This document shows, in pieces, positions 27,139 through 37,319 of a stretch of 64,000 nt of DNA (within the stretch, counting starts at the first letter, position 1; the number at the start of each line of letters is the position of its first letter). The position numbers were made by a program, and so were the translations under genes. The stretch lies in the IMG/VR virus record IMGVR_UViG_3300037189_026210, positions 7,165 through 71,164 of that record; one strand, 5' to 3'. The notes beneath the pieces were generated by a model. The model had not been told where the DNA came from. It worked only from the letters and a program-made list of their open reading frames with translations, and ran no database searches. The DNA is from a virus.

Positions 27139-28785
27139 ATGTCAGAAATATACTGGTTAAACAAAGAGTCTAGAAATTTTTTAAGCAAAGGATATTTAAT
27201 CGAAGGAGAAAGTGCCGAAAATAGATTGCATCAAATTGCAGATACAGCTCAAAAATATTTACCAGAAATAAAATTCTATGACAAGTTCATGGAGTATTTA
27301 AAATCTGGTTTTTACTCTCTAAGTTCTCCAGTTTGGTCAAATTTCGGAAGAAAAAGAGGTCTTCCAATTTCCTGCTTTGGCTCATGCGTTGAAGATACAA
27401 TGGATAGTATTTTAGGCAAAGCCGCCGAAGTTGGAAAAATGTCTCAAATGGGAGGTGGAACTAGTGGATACTTTGGAAATTTACGCCCAAGAGGAGCAAA
27501 AATCTCAAGCGGTGGAGAAACATCTGGAGCTGTTCATTTCATGAAAATGTTTGAGACGAACACTAATGTCATCTCTCAAGGAAATACTAGAAGAGGTAGC
27601 TTTGCAGCTTATCTTCCAATAGATCATCCCGATATTGAAGAATTGCTTCAAATTAAAGATGAAGGTTCAACTATACAGGAAATATCAATCGGAGTTTGTA
27701 TTTCTGACGAATGGATGAAATCAATGATTGATGGAGATAAAGATAAAAGAAGTCTTTGGGGCAAAATAATTAAAAAGAAATATGCAAGTGGATATCCATA
27801 TATATTCTTTTCCGATAACGCCAACAATCAAGCTCCAGAAGTCTATAAAGACAAAGGTTTAAAAATTAAACATTCAAATCTTTGTTCTGAAATAATGCTT
27901 CCGAATAATGAAGATGAGTCATTTGTTTGCTGTTTGTCTTCTATGAATTTGGCAAAGTGGGATCAATGGAAAGATACGGATGCCGTACAGATGATGATTT
28001 ACTTCCTAGATACAGTGATGGAAGAATTCATTATTAAAACTGAGGGCATGAAATACATGGAAGCCGCACGTAACTTTGCGGTACGTCATAGAGCATTAGG
28101 GCTTGGCGGTCTTGGGTGGAGCACATATCTCCAAGACAACATGATTGCCTTTGAATCTTTCGAGGCAAAAATGTTAAATGCTCAAATTTGGAAATCAATA
28201 AAAGAAAAAGCAACTAACGCTAGTCAATTTTTAGCGACAGTAAAAGGCGAGCCAGAATTGTTAAAAGGTTATGGTCGAAGAAATTCTACTCTACTGGCAG
28301 TAGCTCCAACCACATCAAGTTCTTTTATTCTTGGGCAAGTTTCCCCAAGCATTGAGCCGTTGAAAGATAATTACTTCATAAAAGACTTGGCTAAAACAAG
28401 ATCAACTTACAAAAATCCAAGTCTTAAAAAATTCCTTTCTTCAATAGATAAAGATACCATGGAAGTATGGGATACAGTTCTTCAAAAAGCTGGAAGTGTT
28501 CAGCATCTTGATTTTTTAACCCAAGAACAAAAGGATGTATTTAAAACATTTGGCGAAATTTCCCAAAAAGAAATAATTATTCAAGCTGCGCAAAGGCAAA
28601 AACATATTGATCAAGGTCAGTCCTTAAATATTCATATTCCTCCAGATACTAAACCAAAAGACGTTAGCGATCTAATGATTTTTGCTTGGGAACAGGGCAT
28701 TAAATCTCTTTATTACCAAAGAAGCGCTAACCCAGCACAAGAATTAGCTAGATCTATTTTAGGATGTAAATCTTGTGAAGCGTAA
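27139..28785 (+). CDS. nrdA: ribonucleotide reductase class I alpha subunit (short, no ATP cone)
   Basis: SCF, QGNTRRGS, NLCSE, FVCCL, APTTSSS, QGQSLN, KSLYYQR, C-terminal CKSCE. Confidence 0.95.
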   Translation: MSEIYWLNKESRNFLSKGYLIEGESAENRLHQIADTAQKYLPEIKFYDKFMEYLKSGFYSLSSPVWSNFGRKRGLPISCFGSCVEDTMDSILGKAAEVGKMSQMGGGTSGYFGNLRPRGAKISSGGETSGAVHFMKMFETNTNVISQGNTRRGSFAAYLPIDHPDIEELLQIKDEGSTIQEISIGVCISDEWMKSMIDGDKDKRSLWGKIIKKKYASGYPYIFFSDNANNQAPEVYKDKGLKIKHSNLCSEIMLPNNEDESFVCCLSSMNLAKWDQWKDTDAVQMMIYFLDTVMEEFIIKTEGMKYMEAARNFAVRHRALGLGGLGWSTYLQDNMIAFESFEAKMLNAQIWKSIKEKATNASQFLATVKGEPELLKGYGRRNSTLLAVAPTTSSSFILGQVSPSIEPLKDNYFIKDLAKTRSTYKNPSLKKFLSSIDKDTMEVWDTVLQKAGSVQHLDFLTQEQKDVFKTFGEISQKEIIIQAAQRQKHIDQGQSLNIHIPPDTKPKDVSDLMIFAWEQGIKSLYYQRSANPAQELARSILGCKSCEA

Positions 28786-28812
28786 AAAAATTTCTCTTAC
28801 TTTATTTTCTCT

Positions 28813-28818
28813 GTGTAA
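28813..28818 (+). promoter_or_regulatory. GTGTAA motif 9 nt upstream of ATG 28828
   Basis: GTGTAA-AGATAAAAA-ATG. Confidence 0.55.
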
Positions 28819-28827
28819 AGATAAAAA

Positions 28828-29970
28828 ATGGAATTCGACTTTTCAGAAAAAATTAAAGAACTTTTAAAGCTAAAAGCTTCATCTTCATTACATTCTTCAA
28901 ATGCAGAAGAAACTGAAATGGAAGACGATAAGAATTGTGAAGAGTGTGGTAAACCCATGCCAGAATGTGAATGTAAAGATGAAGAAGATGAAGAAGAGGA
29001 AACTGAAGAGTCTGGAGAAATGAAAGAGGATGAAGCGTCAAAACAAAAGAAAAATAAAATTGTTGCTTTTTTGATGAAGAAGGTCTCAAATCATAATGAT
29101 CGCAACAATCCATTTTTAATTTCATTAGATCAGTTGTTAAAAGTTTATGCTAGAGGCTTGGAAGAAGCGACTAAAAATTTTAGACCTGGAAAATCACAGG
29201 ACGAATGGGCATTTGCTAGAGTTAATTTGTTTTTAAAAATGGCTTCTGGTCAAAATGTTTTAGCTTCTTACGCTAAAGCTGATTCCGACATATTAAATAA
29301 TCAAAATTTATCTGAAAATTTTTCATTCGCAGAGTTTAAAGATATTGAATTTCAATTAGCTAAATTAGCTTGCGTTGAAGCTGGTTTGAGCAATTCAGAA
29401 TTAGAATTATCTTCTGCGGAAGATAAAAAAAAAAGTAAGACTTTAAATAAACCATTCAGGCTTCCTTCTGGATCTAAGAAGAAGTTTGGAGTTTATGTGA
29501 AAAACGACAAAGGTAACGTTGTTATGGTTAAGTTTGGAGATCCAAACATGAGCATTAAACGTGACGATCCAGAACGCAGAAAAGCGTATAGATCAAGACA
29601 TGGGTGCGATAACCCTGGACCTAAATGGAAAGCGAATTATTGGTCGTGCAAAAACTGGAGTAGTAAACCAGTCAGTAAAATAACTTCTTCTGAAGAATGT
29701 GATTGTGGATGCGAAGAAAAAGATATTGAAAATTTAATTGATATTGAAGGCGCTAAAAAAGGTCTTTGGGATAATATCAGAGAAAAAAAGAAAAGAATGG
29801 GCAAAAAATATAAGCCTGCAAAAGTTGGAGATAAAGATCGCCCAGATCCAGAAGCTTGGAAAAAAGCTCAAGCAGATGAATACGAATGGGATGGAGAAGA
29901 AGAATTTTCTCAAGAAGAATTATTAAAAATTGATCCATCGTTAGCTTCTGTAGAAATTATTGAGGAATAG
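28828..29970 (+). CDS. modular acidic/basic hypothetical protein (possible internal head protein)
   Basis: 380 aa; acidic linkers separating small basic modules (VYARG..WAFARVNLFL; KPFR..KKFGVYVK..KFGDPNM..RHGC..YWSCKNW; GLWDNIREKKKR). Confidence 0.55.
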   Translation: MEFDFSEKIKELLKLKASSSLHSSNAEETEMEDDKNCEECGKPMPECECKDEEDEEEETEESGEMKEDEASKQKKNKIVAFLMKKVSNHNDRNNPFLISLDQLLKVYARGLEEATKNFRPGKSQDEWAFARVNLFLKMASGQNVLASYAKADSDILNNQNLSENFSFAEFKDIEFQLAKLACVEAGLSNSELELSSAEDKKKSKTLNKPFRLPSGSKKKFGVYVKNDKGNVVMVKFGDPNMSIKRDDPERRKAYRSRHGCDNPGPKWKANYWSCKNWSSKPVSKITSSEECDCGCEEKDIENLIDIEGAKKGLWDNIREKKKRMGKKYKPAKVGDKDRPDPEAWKKAQADEYEWDGEEEFSQEELLKIDPSLASVEIIEE

Positions 29971-29982
29971 CTTATTATCTGA

Positions 29983-30756
29983 GTGATTTCAGTATATCAT
30001 TCAGCATTTAATCTAAATAAACATGGATTTACTGGTTGGCAAGAATGCTTGCGCAGATCTTGTGAGTTTGCAGATCAAGTTGTAGTTGCAGTAAATACTT
30101 CAGAAGATGATACTCATGACACAGTATCTTCTATTCTAAAAGAAAGCGCCAAGAGCAGCATTCTTTTAAAAACAAGCTTTGATTATCAAGATCCTTGGCT
30201 TGATGGCAAAATTAAAAACGCCGCACTCCAAGAGTGCAATTGCGAATTTAAAGTTCAATTAGATTTGGATGAATATATACCATCTTGGCAGCGTCCGCTT
30301 TGGGATGCGATGTTTTTTAGATTAAAATTTGATTCTGTACAATGTTATGCGATTCCATCTATTGATCTTTATAAAGATTTAAATCATTACAAATCAATAA
30401 ATCACAAACAATATGCGCACAAAGGGCTTGCGTATAGAGCGCCTCAAAAGGGAGCTAGAAAAACTGATGGAACAATAAATACTATGCTTAGTGATGGATG
30501 CGACTTGGTTGACGATCAAGGTAATTTTGTATCAACTGCTGGGATCACTAAAGATATAAATATTCTCGAAAGCAATCAATCTCCATTTGTAGTTCATCTT
30601 GGATATGTAGATTTAAATTCCAGATTAAAAAGAAATCACGAATTCTGGAATGAACACTGGCATGTAGAAGGCGGAGGACAATCACCAGCTCATAAAATAC
30701 ACATGAAAGATGAAGATTTCGACTATCCATATATACAACATAAATTAAAAATATGA
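29983..30756 (+). CDS. glycosyltransferase, GT-A fold (GT2-like)
   Basis: FADQVVVAVNTSEDDT, KNAALQEC..FKVQLDLDE (DxD), VVHLGY. Confidence 0.75.
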   Translation: MISVYHSAFNLNKHGFTGWQECLRRSCEFADQVVVAVNTSEDDTHDTVSSILKESAKSSILLKTSFDYQDPWLDGKIKNAALQECNCEFKVQLDLDEYIPSWQRPLWDAMFFRLKFDSVQCYAIPSIDLYKDLNHYKSINHKQYAHKGLAYRAPQKGARKTDGTINTMLSDGCDLVDDQGNFVSTAGITKDINILESNQSPFVVHLGYVDLNSRLKRNHEFWNEHWHVEGGGQSPAHKIHMKDEDFDYPYIQHKLKI

Positions 30757-31460
30757 TTAAATTAATGTCCGATCAGCATGGACTTGGCGATACATTACTT
30801 TTTACTCCAGTAATTAAACATTTAAAAGCTAGAAATATTGATTGTGAATTTTTCCTTCCAATAGAAAAGGAAAGATTTAAAATTATTTTTGATGGCTTAT
30901 GTAATGTAAATTTGATTTCAAAAGAAGAAGAGTCTAAAATGGAAGCTACAAAAAATATAGGTTTTAGTGGGACTTATATTTTAAGAAAATTAAAAAATTT
31001 TTTTGAAGATTCAGAATGTCTGGATATTAGACCTTTAGTATTGCATACGAAACAAGAGTCCGAATTGTGGGCATTTAATTTCACTAAAGAAATTAAAAAA
31101 CCAGTAATTTTTGTGCCTAATTGTTCTAAACAGTGGCATCACGCAAGAAGTTTAAATGAAAAATCATCAGCTTCAATACTTAATGATTTGTTAAAAAATG
31201 GATTTACTCCAATTATATGCGAAAGTTCAGACAATCCTTGTAGCTTAAATTATAAATTAAAATTAACGGACTTGGATTTAAGTAAGTATATTTCACTGCT
31301 TAGGAGAGTTGGAATTTATTTTGGATGCAACACTGGGGACATGAATTTAGCTATTAGTGTTGGAGCAATATGTCACGTTTTTGAACCAGTAAATAATCCA
31401 TTTTTTAATAAAGCTGAATACGACTACAATCATCCATCTATAATTTATTACGATATTTAA
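30753..31460 (+). CDS. glycosyltransferase family 9-like
   Basis: GLGDTLLFTPVIKHLK N-terminus and FGCNTGDMNLAISVG C-terminal motif. Confidence 0.75.
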   Translation: MIKLMSDQHGLGDTLLFTPVIKHLKARNIDCEFFLPIEKERFKIIFDGLCNVNLISKEEESKMEATKNIGFSGTYILRKLKNFFEDSECLDIRPLVLHTKQESELWAFNFTKEIKKPVIFVPNCSKQWHHARSLNEKSSASILNDLLKNGFTPIICESSDNPCSLNYKLKLTDLDLSKYISLLRRVGIYFGCNTGDMNLAISVGAICHVFEPVNNPFFNKAEYDYNHPSIIYYDI

Positions 31461-32356
31461 TGTCAAAAATCCTAATATTAAATCCAATATCGGAAATTTG
31501 TGGAGTCTATCAATACGGATTGTCATTGCAATCAATTTTAAAAAAATCAAATAAACATGAATATACAATAAGTTCAAACATTGAAGAGATTAAAAATCAT
31601 GATATAATTATTTTTAATTATCACGAAAAACTTTTTAACTGGTTAAATGACAATTATATAAGTTATATAAATAAACCCTGCCTAGCAATAGGGGGTCACG
31701 ATTGCACACCTACTTTTCAAAATATAAAATTTGTATTAAATTGCGATTCAACATCTGAATTAAGTGGAAAAAATATTCCTATAACTAGACCAATTAAAAA
31801 TTTTCTTCCATTAGAAAATCCTAAAAGATTAACTATTGGATCTATTGGATTTTCTTATTCTTCAAAAAACTTTGAAAAAATTTATTCAATTGTCTCTGAA
31901 TATTATGACGACGCTTTAATTAGAATTCATGTACCACAACATCCAAATGGGGAAAGCTTGCAGTATATAATGCAAAAAATTAAATTAAATTATCAGATTG
32001 ATAAATCTAATAATATTGATATTCAAATAACATCTAATTTTCTATCGGATGACGACTTGATAAGTTTCTTGTCATCAAATACTGTAAATATATTTCTTTT
32101 ACCCCCAATGAAAGGAGAGGGAAGAGGTTTATCTAGTTCTATAGATAAAGCTCTTTCAGCAAGAAAACCAATTGCAATTTCAGATTCCGAAATGTATAGA
32201 CATATAAATAGTGAGAATAAATTTCTTTTATCGAAAAATACACTACCAGAAATAATATCTTATGGAACTGCTCATCTCCAGCCATTCTTGGAGTTTCATT
32301 CAGAAGAAAAATTAATTAATTTGTTTGATGAAACGATAGAAAAAATAAATCTCTGA
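31460..32356 (+). CDS. putative glycosyltransferase (GT-B-like)
   Basis: CGVYQYG, IGSIGF..SKNF, GLSSSIDKALSARKPIAIS; paralogue of 34936..35904. Confidence 0.6.
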   Translation: MSKILILNPISEICGVYQYGLSLQSILKKSNKHEYTISSNIEEIKNHDIIIFNYHEKLFNWLNDNYISYINKPCLAIGGHDCTPTFQNIKFVLNCDSTSELSGKNIPITRPIKNFLPLENPKRLTIGSIGFSYSSKNFEKIYSIVSEYYDDALIRIHVPQHPNGESLQYIMQKIKLNYQIDKSNNIDIQITSNFLSDDDLISFLSSNTVNIFLLPPMKGEGRGLSSSIDKALSARKPIAISDSEMYRHINSENKFLLSKNTLPEIISYGTAHLQPFLEFHSEEKLINLFDETIEKINL

Positions 32357-32394
32357 TATAGATTTAACAAATTTAAATTTTATAATTTTAAAAT

Positions 32395-33639
32395 ATGCAC
32401 GTAAAAAAACATAAAAAATGTAGAATTTGTGGTAATACAAATTTAACAGACGTTTTAGATCTTGGTCTGCAGCACATACAAGGAGCTTTTGAACATCCAG
32501 AAAGTCCAAAACCTCCATACAGAAAAGTTCAAAATAAAATTGTAAGATGTGATACTGACAAATACGAAAACGGTTGTGGGTTGATTCAATCCGAATGTTC
32601 CGCTTCTCCAGAAATTCTTTATAGAAATTATTGGTATCAATCTGGAATTAGTCAAACTATGACGAAACATTTGCATAATATTGCAAAAGAAGCTGTAAAT
32701 ATTTTAAATACAAGCGAAGCCTTAGATGTTTTGGATATCGCCGCAAACGATGGAACTTTATTGAGAGGTTATCCAGAATCTTTTAATAGAATTGGAATTG
32801 ACCCATCTGACATTGCATCCAAGCAAAAAGATTTAAAAATTATAAATGAAGTATATCCAAATAAAAATTTAAAAAATAAAAAATTTGATATAATTACATC
32901 CATAGCATGTTTTTATGATGTTAATGAACCGCAGGAATTTGTTTCCGAGGTTAAGAAAAATTTAAAAGAAAATGGCATATGGATAGCTGAGTTTGCGTAT
33001 TGGCCATTAATGTTAGATAATCTCGCCTTTGATCAAGTACTCCTTGAACACTCTTGCCATTATTATTTATTTCCATTTGAACAATTATTAAAACAAAGTG
33101 GATTAAAATTATTCAGAGCTGAAAAAACTCAAACCAATGGTGGCTCTATAATGATATACGCTTGCAATGAAGAATGCGATTTATATGAAAAACAAGAATG
33201 GAAAGTTAATTTATCAACTTTAAGATTTGAAGAATTTGAAAAAGAATTAGATGAAAATAAAACTTACGAAAATTTTAGAAATAAAGTCAAAGATTATCTT
33301 AGTAAATTAAAAAATGTTCTATTAGAATACAAAAATAATAATAAAGTTGTGCATCTATATGCCGCATCAACTAAAATGAATGTAGTTTTAGAAGCTGCGG
33401 AAATTAATTCTGACTTAATTCCATATGCCGCAGAAAGAAGTAGTGAAAAATGGGGAGCAAAAACATTATCTGGAATTAAAATAATTTCAGAAGAGGACTC
33501 TAGAAAAATGAAACCTAACGCATACATATGCTCGTTGATTGGTTTCAAAAAAGAAATCATTGAAAGAGAAATGGAATACCTGAATGCTGGTGGTGAGATT
33601 ATATTTTTACCAACATTTGAAGTGATTAAAAATGATTAA
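32395..33639 (+). CDS. NDP-hexose C-methyltransferase (SAM-dependent)
   Basis: CRICG Zn site, YWYQSGISQTM, VLDIAANDGTLL, FDQVLLEH, TNGGSI, YAASTKMN. Confidence 0.88.
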   Translation: MHVKKHKKCRICGNTNLTDVLDLGLQHIQGAFEHPESPKPPYRKVQNKIVRCDTDKYENGCGLIQSECSASPEILYRNYWYQSGISQTMTKHLHNIAKEAVNILNTSEALDVLDIAANDGTLLRGYPESFNRIGIDPSDIASKQKDLKIINEVYPNKNLKNKKFDIITSIACFYDVNEPQEFVSEVKKNLKENGIWIAEFAYWPLMLDNLAFDQVLLEHSCHYYLFPFEQLLKQSGLKLFRAEKTQTNGGSIMIYACNEECDLYEKQEWKVNLSTLRFEEFEKELDENKTYENFRNKVKDYLSKLKNVLLEYKNNNKVVHLYAASTKMNVVLEAAEINSDLIPYAAERSSEKWGAKTLSGIKIISEEDSRKMKPNAYICSLIGFKKEIIEREMEYLNAGGEIIFLPTFEVIKND

Positions 33640-33979
33640 AGTCTCAGTAGATGAAGCTCATGCATTCGACATGCTTGCGATATCAATTGTAAAAAAAAAT
33701 AAAAATAGTTCAGAAATAAATATTTCAAATTTTTTAAATTTAGAAAATGAAATTAAAAAACAAGTTGGAAAAATTTACGACTCAATATTAGATTCTAGTA
33801 TTTTTTTAAAATTAATTAAAATAAATACTGAAATTTTTGATGCAGTAGATTTAGTTAAAGAAGATAAAGTGTCAGGATCAACAGTTGACAAATTAAACTA
33901 TCAAAGATTTTTGGCAAAAAAAGAAATTCAAAATATTTATTTTAAAAATAGTTTATCAGAACAAAAAATAGGATATTAA
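33632..33979 (+). CDS. hypothetical helical protein
   Basis: 115-aa ORF coupled within the sugar cluster. Confidence 0.6.
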   Translation: MIKVSVDEAHAFDMLAISIVKKNKNSSEINISNFLNLENEIKKQVGKIYDSILDSSIFLKLIKINTEIFDAVDLVKEDKVSGSTVDKLNYQRFLAKKEIQNIYFKNSLSEQKIGY

Positions 33980-33980
33980 A

Positions 33981-34943
33981 ATGTATAAAAAAAACGCATT
34001 AGTTTTAGGAGCTGGAGGTTTCATAGGTTCGCATTTAGCAAATAGATTAAAAAAATTAAATTACTTTGTAAGATCTGTAGATATCAAAAATTCAAATCAT
34101 TTAAAAAACAATTCTGATGAATTTTTTATCGGGGATCTCAGATCTAATGAATTTTGTGAGAAAATCTTCTCTTTAAGTGATGGTTTTTTTGATGAGGTAT
34201 ATCAATTAGCTGCCGACATGGGCGGAGCAACTTATATTAATGGTGGAGAACATGACGCAGACGTTATGTCGAATTCTGTTTTAATAAACTTAAATGTTGC
34301 TAAATCTTGTATAAAATACAAAGTAAAATCTTTATTTTTTTCTTCTAGTGCTTGCATTTATCCAAAAAATAACGAAATAGCTACATGTATTGAATCGGAA
34401 GCTTATCCAGCATTTCCAGATAATGAATACGGATGGGAGAAACTTTTTTCAGAAAGAATGTTTAAGGCTTTTGAAAAAAATTATAATTTAAATGTTAAAA
34501 TAGCAAGATTTCACAGTATTGTTGGACCATATTCGGAATGGAATAGCGGAAAAGAAAAAGCTCATTCGGCATTGGCTAGAAAAGTTTCAAACGTACAAAA
34601 TGGCGGATATATAGATGTGATAGGCGATGGTACTCAAAAAAGAACTTTTCTATATGTAGAAGATTGCGTTGATGCAGTTTTACTTTTAATGCAAAGCGAC
34701 ACAAAAGAAATTATAAATATAGGTTCTGATTATTTAATTTCAATAAATGAATACATAGATATTTTAAAACAAATTTCAAATAAAGAATTTAATATTAATT
34801 ACGTACTTGGTCCAACTGGAGTTCTAAGTAGATATTGCAGTATAAAAAAAGCAAAAGAAATTTTAAACTGGAATCCAAAAACTTCTCTTCAAGAGGCTAC
34901 AGAAATAACTTATAATTGGATAAACAATTTTAAAAATGAATAA
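33981..34943 (+). CDS. NAD-dependent epimerase, GDP-mannose 3,5-epimerase-like
   Basis: GAGGFIG, YQLAADMGG, FSSSACIYP, AYPAFPDNEYGWEKLFSE, GKEKA. Confidence 0.88.
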   Translation: MYKKNALVLGAGGFIGSHLANRLKKLNYFVRSVDIKNSNHLKNNSDEFFIGDLRSNEFCEKIFSLSDGFFDEVYQLAADMGGATYINGGEHDADVMSNSVLINLNVAKSCIKYKVKSLFFSSSACIYPKNNEIATCIESEAYPAFPDNEYGWEKLFSERMFKAFEKNYNLNVKIARFHSIVGPYSEWNSGKEKAHSALARKVSNVQNGGYIDVIGDGTQKRTFLYVEDCVDAVLLLMQSDTKEIINIGSDYLISINEYIDILKQISNKEFNINYVLGPTGVLSRYCSIKKAKEILNWNPKTSLQEATEITYNWINNFKNE

Positions 34944-35904
34944 AATTTTATTTATATCTCAACCAAATACAGAAAGATCTTCTTGCGGTATCTATTTAAT
35001 AGGAAAACTATTATCTGAAACTTTGCAGAAATCTAGTAAATTTGATGTAAAAACATATTTTATAAATAATTATTTAGATTTACATAATGCAATACTGGAA
35101 CACGATCCAATTTGCATTATTTATAACTATCATGAAATTACTACCCCTTGGTTGAATGGGTATGCGTTGAATAAAAATTACCCAAAAATCAAACATGTTA
35201 TTATTCATCATGACATGCATCAACAGAAAATAAATTCTTATGATCCATCACAGATAGTCGGATTTGAAAATATAATTTGTCCAGATCCGACATTAAAAGG
35301 AAATAGAAATGTATTTCCAGTAAATAGATTGATTCCTCCATATAGACCTAGTAGTTATGTAAAAAATGAAATACCAATAATTGGATTTCAAGGATTTGGC
35401 GCAGAACACAAGGGAATAAAAAAAATAGCTCATATTGTGCAAGAAGAATTTGATGAGGCAATTATAAGATTACATATCCCAAATTCTTTTTATGGTGATC
35501 CAAATGGATGGGCAGCGATGCAAAGGGTCGAAGAAGTAAAATCAATAATAAGAAAACCAAATATAAAAATACAACATTCTCACAATTTACTTTCGACAAA
35601 TGAAGTTATTGACTTTTTAAATGAAAATACTATAAATTGTTATTTTTATGATTATTTAAATGGCGCTGGATTAGCATCTTCTCCAGATTACGCATTAGCT
35701 ACAAATAGACCTATTGCAGTAACAAAATCGCATCAATTAAGAAATTTTTTAAATTTAAAACCATCTATTTGCATAGAGGATAATTCTTTAAAAGATATAA
35801 TTTCCTTTGGGCTAGAACCATTAAAAAACATAAAAGAACAATATTCTGAAAAAAACGTAATCAACGATTATGAACTTGCAATTCAAAATTTATTAAATAA
35901 TTAA
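34936..35904 (+). CDS. putative glycosyltransferase (GT-B-like)
   Basis: CGIY, IIYNYHE..WLN, IGFQGF..HKG, GLASSPDYALATNRPIAV; paralogue of 31460..32356. Confidence 0.6.
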   Translation: MNKILFISQPNTERSSCGIYLIGKLLSETLQKSSKFDVKTYFINNYLDLHNAILEHDPICIIYNYHEITTPWLNGYALNKNYPKIKHVIIHHDMHQQKINSYDPSQIVGFENIICPDPTLKGNRNVFPVNRLIPPYRPSSYVKNEIPIIGFQGFGAEHKGIKKIAHIVQEEFDEAIIRLHIPNSFYGDPNGWAAMQRVEEVKSIIRKPNIKIQHSHNLLSTNEVIDFLNENTINCYFYDYLNGAGLASSPDYALATNRPIAVTKSHQLRNFLNLKPSICIEDNSLKDIISFGLEPLKNIKEQYSEKNVINDYELAIQNLLNN

Positions 35905-35910
35905 AATAAT

Positions 35911-36963
35911 ATGAAAAAAGTATTAATAACAGGAATTACTGGTCAAGACGGAAGTTTAATGGCTGAGTATCTTTTATGTAAATATCAAGATATAGAAGTA
36001 TATGGCGCTCATAGGAGATTGAGTGTACCAAATCATTCCAATATTCAACACTTAAAATCAAATCCAAGATTTAAAGTGGTTGAAATGGATGTTACAGATC
36101 CAGAAAGCGTAAACAATGTATTTGCTGAAATATTTCCAGAATATTTTATTAATTTTGCGGCTAATTCTTTTGTTGGCAATAGTTGGAAAATGCCAAGTAA
36201 TCATATGCAAACAAATGCAATGGGTGTGCTTTATTGTCTTGAGGCAATTAAAAATATTAATCCAGAAACTAAATTTTATAACGCTGGAAGTTCAGAGCAA
36301 TTTGGAGATGTGGATTATGCTCCGCAAGATATTAAACATCCATTTAAGCCTAGATCTCCATATGGAGTTTCAAAATGCACAGCCCATCATTTGGTAAAAG
36401 TATATAGAGAGTCTTATAATATTTTTGCAGTTCAAGGAATTTTATTTAATCATGAAGGCGTTCGCAGAGGAGAGGAATTTGTAACTAGAAAAATTACAAA
36501 AAATGTAGCAAGAATACACAAGGCAATAAAAGAAGGAAAAACATTTGAGCCATTAAAACTCGGTAATATTTTATCACAAAGAGATTGGAGTGATGCTGAA
36601 GATTTTGTTCGCGGAGTATGGCTAATGCTAAATCAAGAAAAGCCAAAAGATTACGTACTCTCTTCAAATGAGACTCATACAATTAAAGAATTTGTCGAAT
36701 TAGCATTCAAGCACGCAAAAATTGATGGCGAATGGATTGGAGACGGAAAGAATAAAAAATATATTGTGCCAAATTATGTACATGATATTTCAGATATCAA
36801 AAGTAGCGTTTTAATGGAAATAGATTCTCAATTCTACAGACCAGCAGAAGTTGATTTACTTCTTGGAGATTCAACGCCAGCAAGGGAAGAACTTGGATGG
36901 TTGCCAGAAACATCATTTCAAAAATTAGTAGAGAAAATGGTAGACAACGACTTATCGTCATGA
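35911..36963 (+). CDS. gmd: GDP-mannose 4,6-dehydratase
   Basis: ITGITGQDGS, AGSSEQFG, PRSPYGVSK, GILFNHE..RRGEEFVTRKIT, YRPAEVDLLLGD. Confidence 0.96.
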   Translation: MKKVLITGITGQDGSLMAEYLLCKYQDIEVYGAHRRLSVPNHSNIQHLKSNPRFKVVEMDVTDPESVNNVFAEIFPEYFINFAANSFVGNSWKMPSNHMQTNAMGVLYCLEAIKNINPETKFYNAGSSEQFGDVDYAPQDIKHPFKPRSPYGVSKCTAHHLVKVYRESYNIFAVQGILFNHEGVRRGEEFVTRKITKNVARIHKAIKEGKTFEPLKLGNILSQRDWSDAEDFVRGVWLMLNQEKPKDYVLSSNETHTIKEFVELAFKHAKIDGEWIGDGKNKKYIVPNYVHDISDIKSSVLMEIDSQFYRPAEVDLLLGDSTPAREELGWLPETSFQKLVEKMVDNDLSS

Positions 36964-36969
36964 TATAAT
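36941..36969 (+). promoter_or_regulatory. sigma70-like promoter, likely leaderless transcript
   Basis: TAGACA-17 nt-TATAAT with TGn extension, 5 nt before ATG 36975. Confidence 0.7.
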
Positions 36970-36974
36970 GCTTC

Positions 36975-37319
36975 ATGGCAAAAAAATTGAATAAAAAAAA
37001 TTTGCTTAAGAAGTTTTTGGAAATCCCTAGATCTGCATCTAGGGATTTTTATTCTCGTGAAATGAAGATGCTAAATTCTTTAATAGAAAGATATTCAGAA
37101 GAGTTTGTGTTTAAACTTAATTTTGCTAAAAAATTTGACAGCATGGCGGTTATTATATGTGACGCATTCAAGTTGGAGTTGGATAAAAAATTTAGAAACT
37201 TCAATTATGAAATTGATTTTTCAAAATATGAAATTTATAAAGTTGATGGAAATAAGCATGGACAAGATTTAATCGTAAAAAGAAAAATTAAAACAATTAG
37301 AGATTTTTTAAATGGCTAA
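36975..37319 (+). CDS. hypothetical basic protein
   Basis: 114-aa ORF overlapping recA start. Confidence 0.65.
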   Translation: MAKKLNKKNLLKKFLEIPRSASRDFYSREMKMLNSLIERYSEEFVFKLNFAKKFDSMAVIICDAFKLELDKKFRNFNYEIDFSKYEIYKVDGNKHGQDLIVKRKIKTIRDFLNG

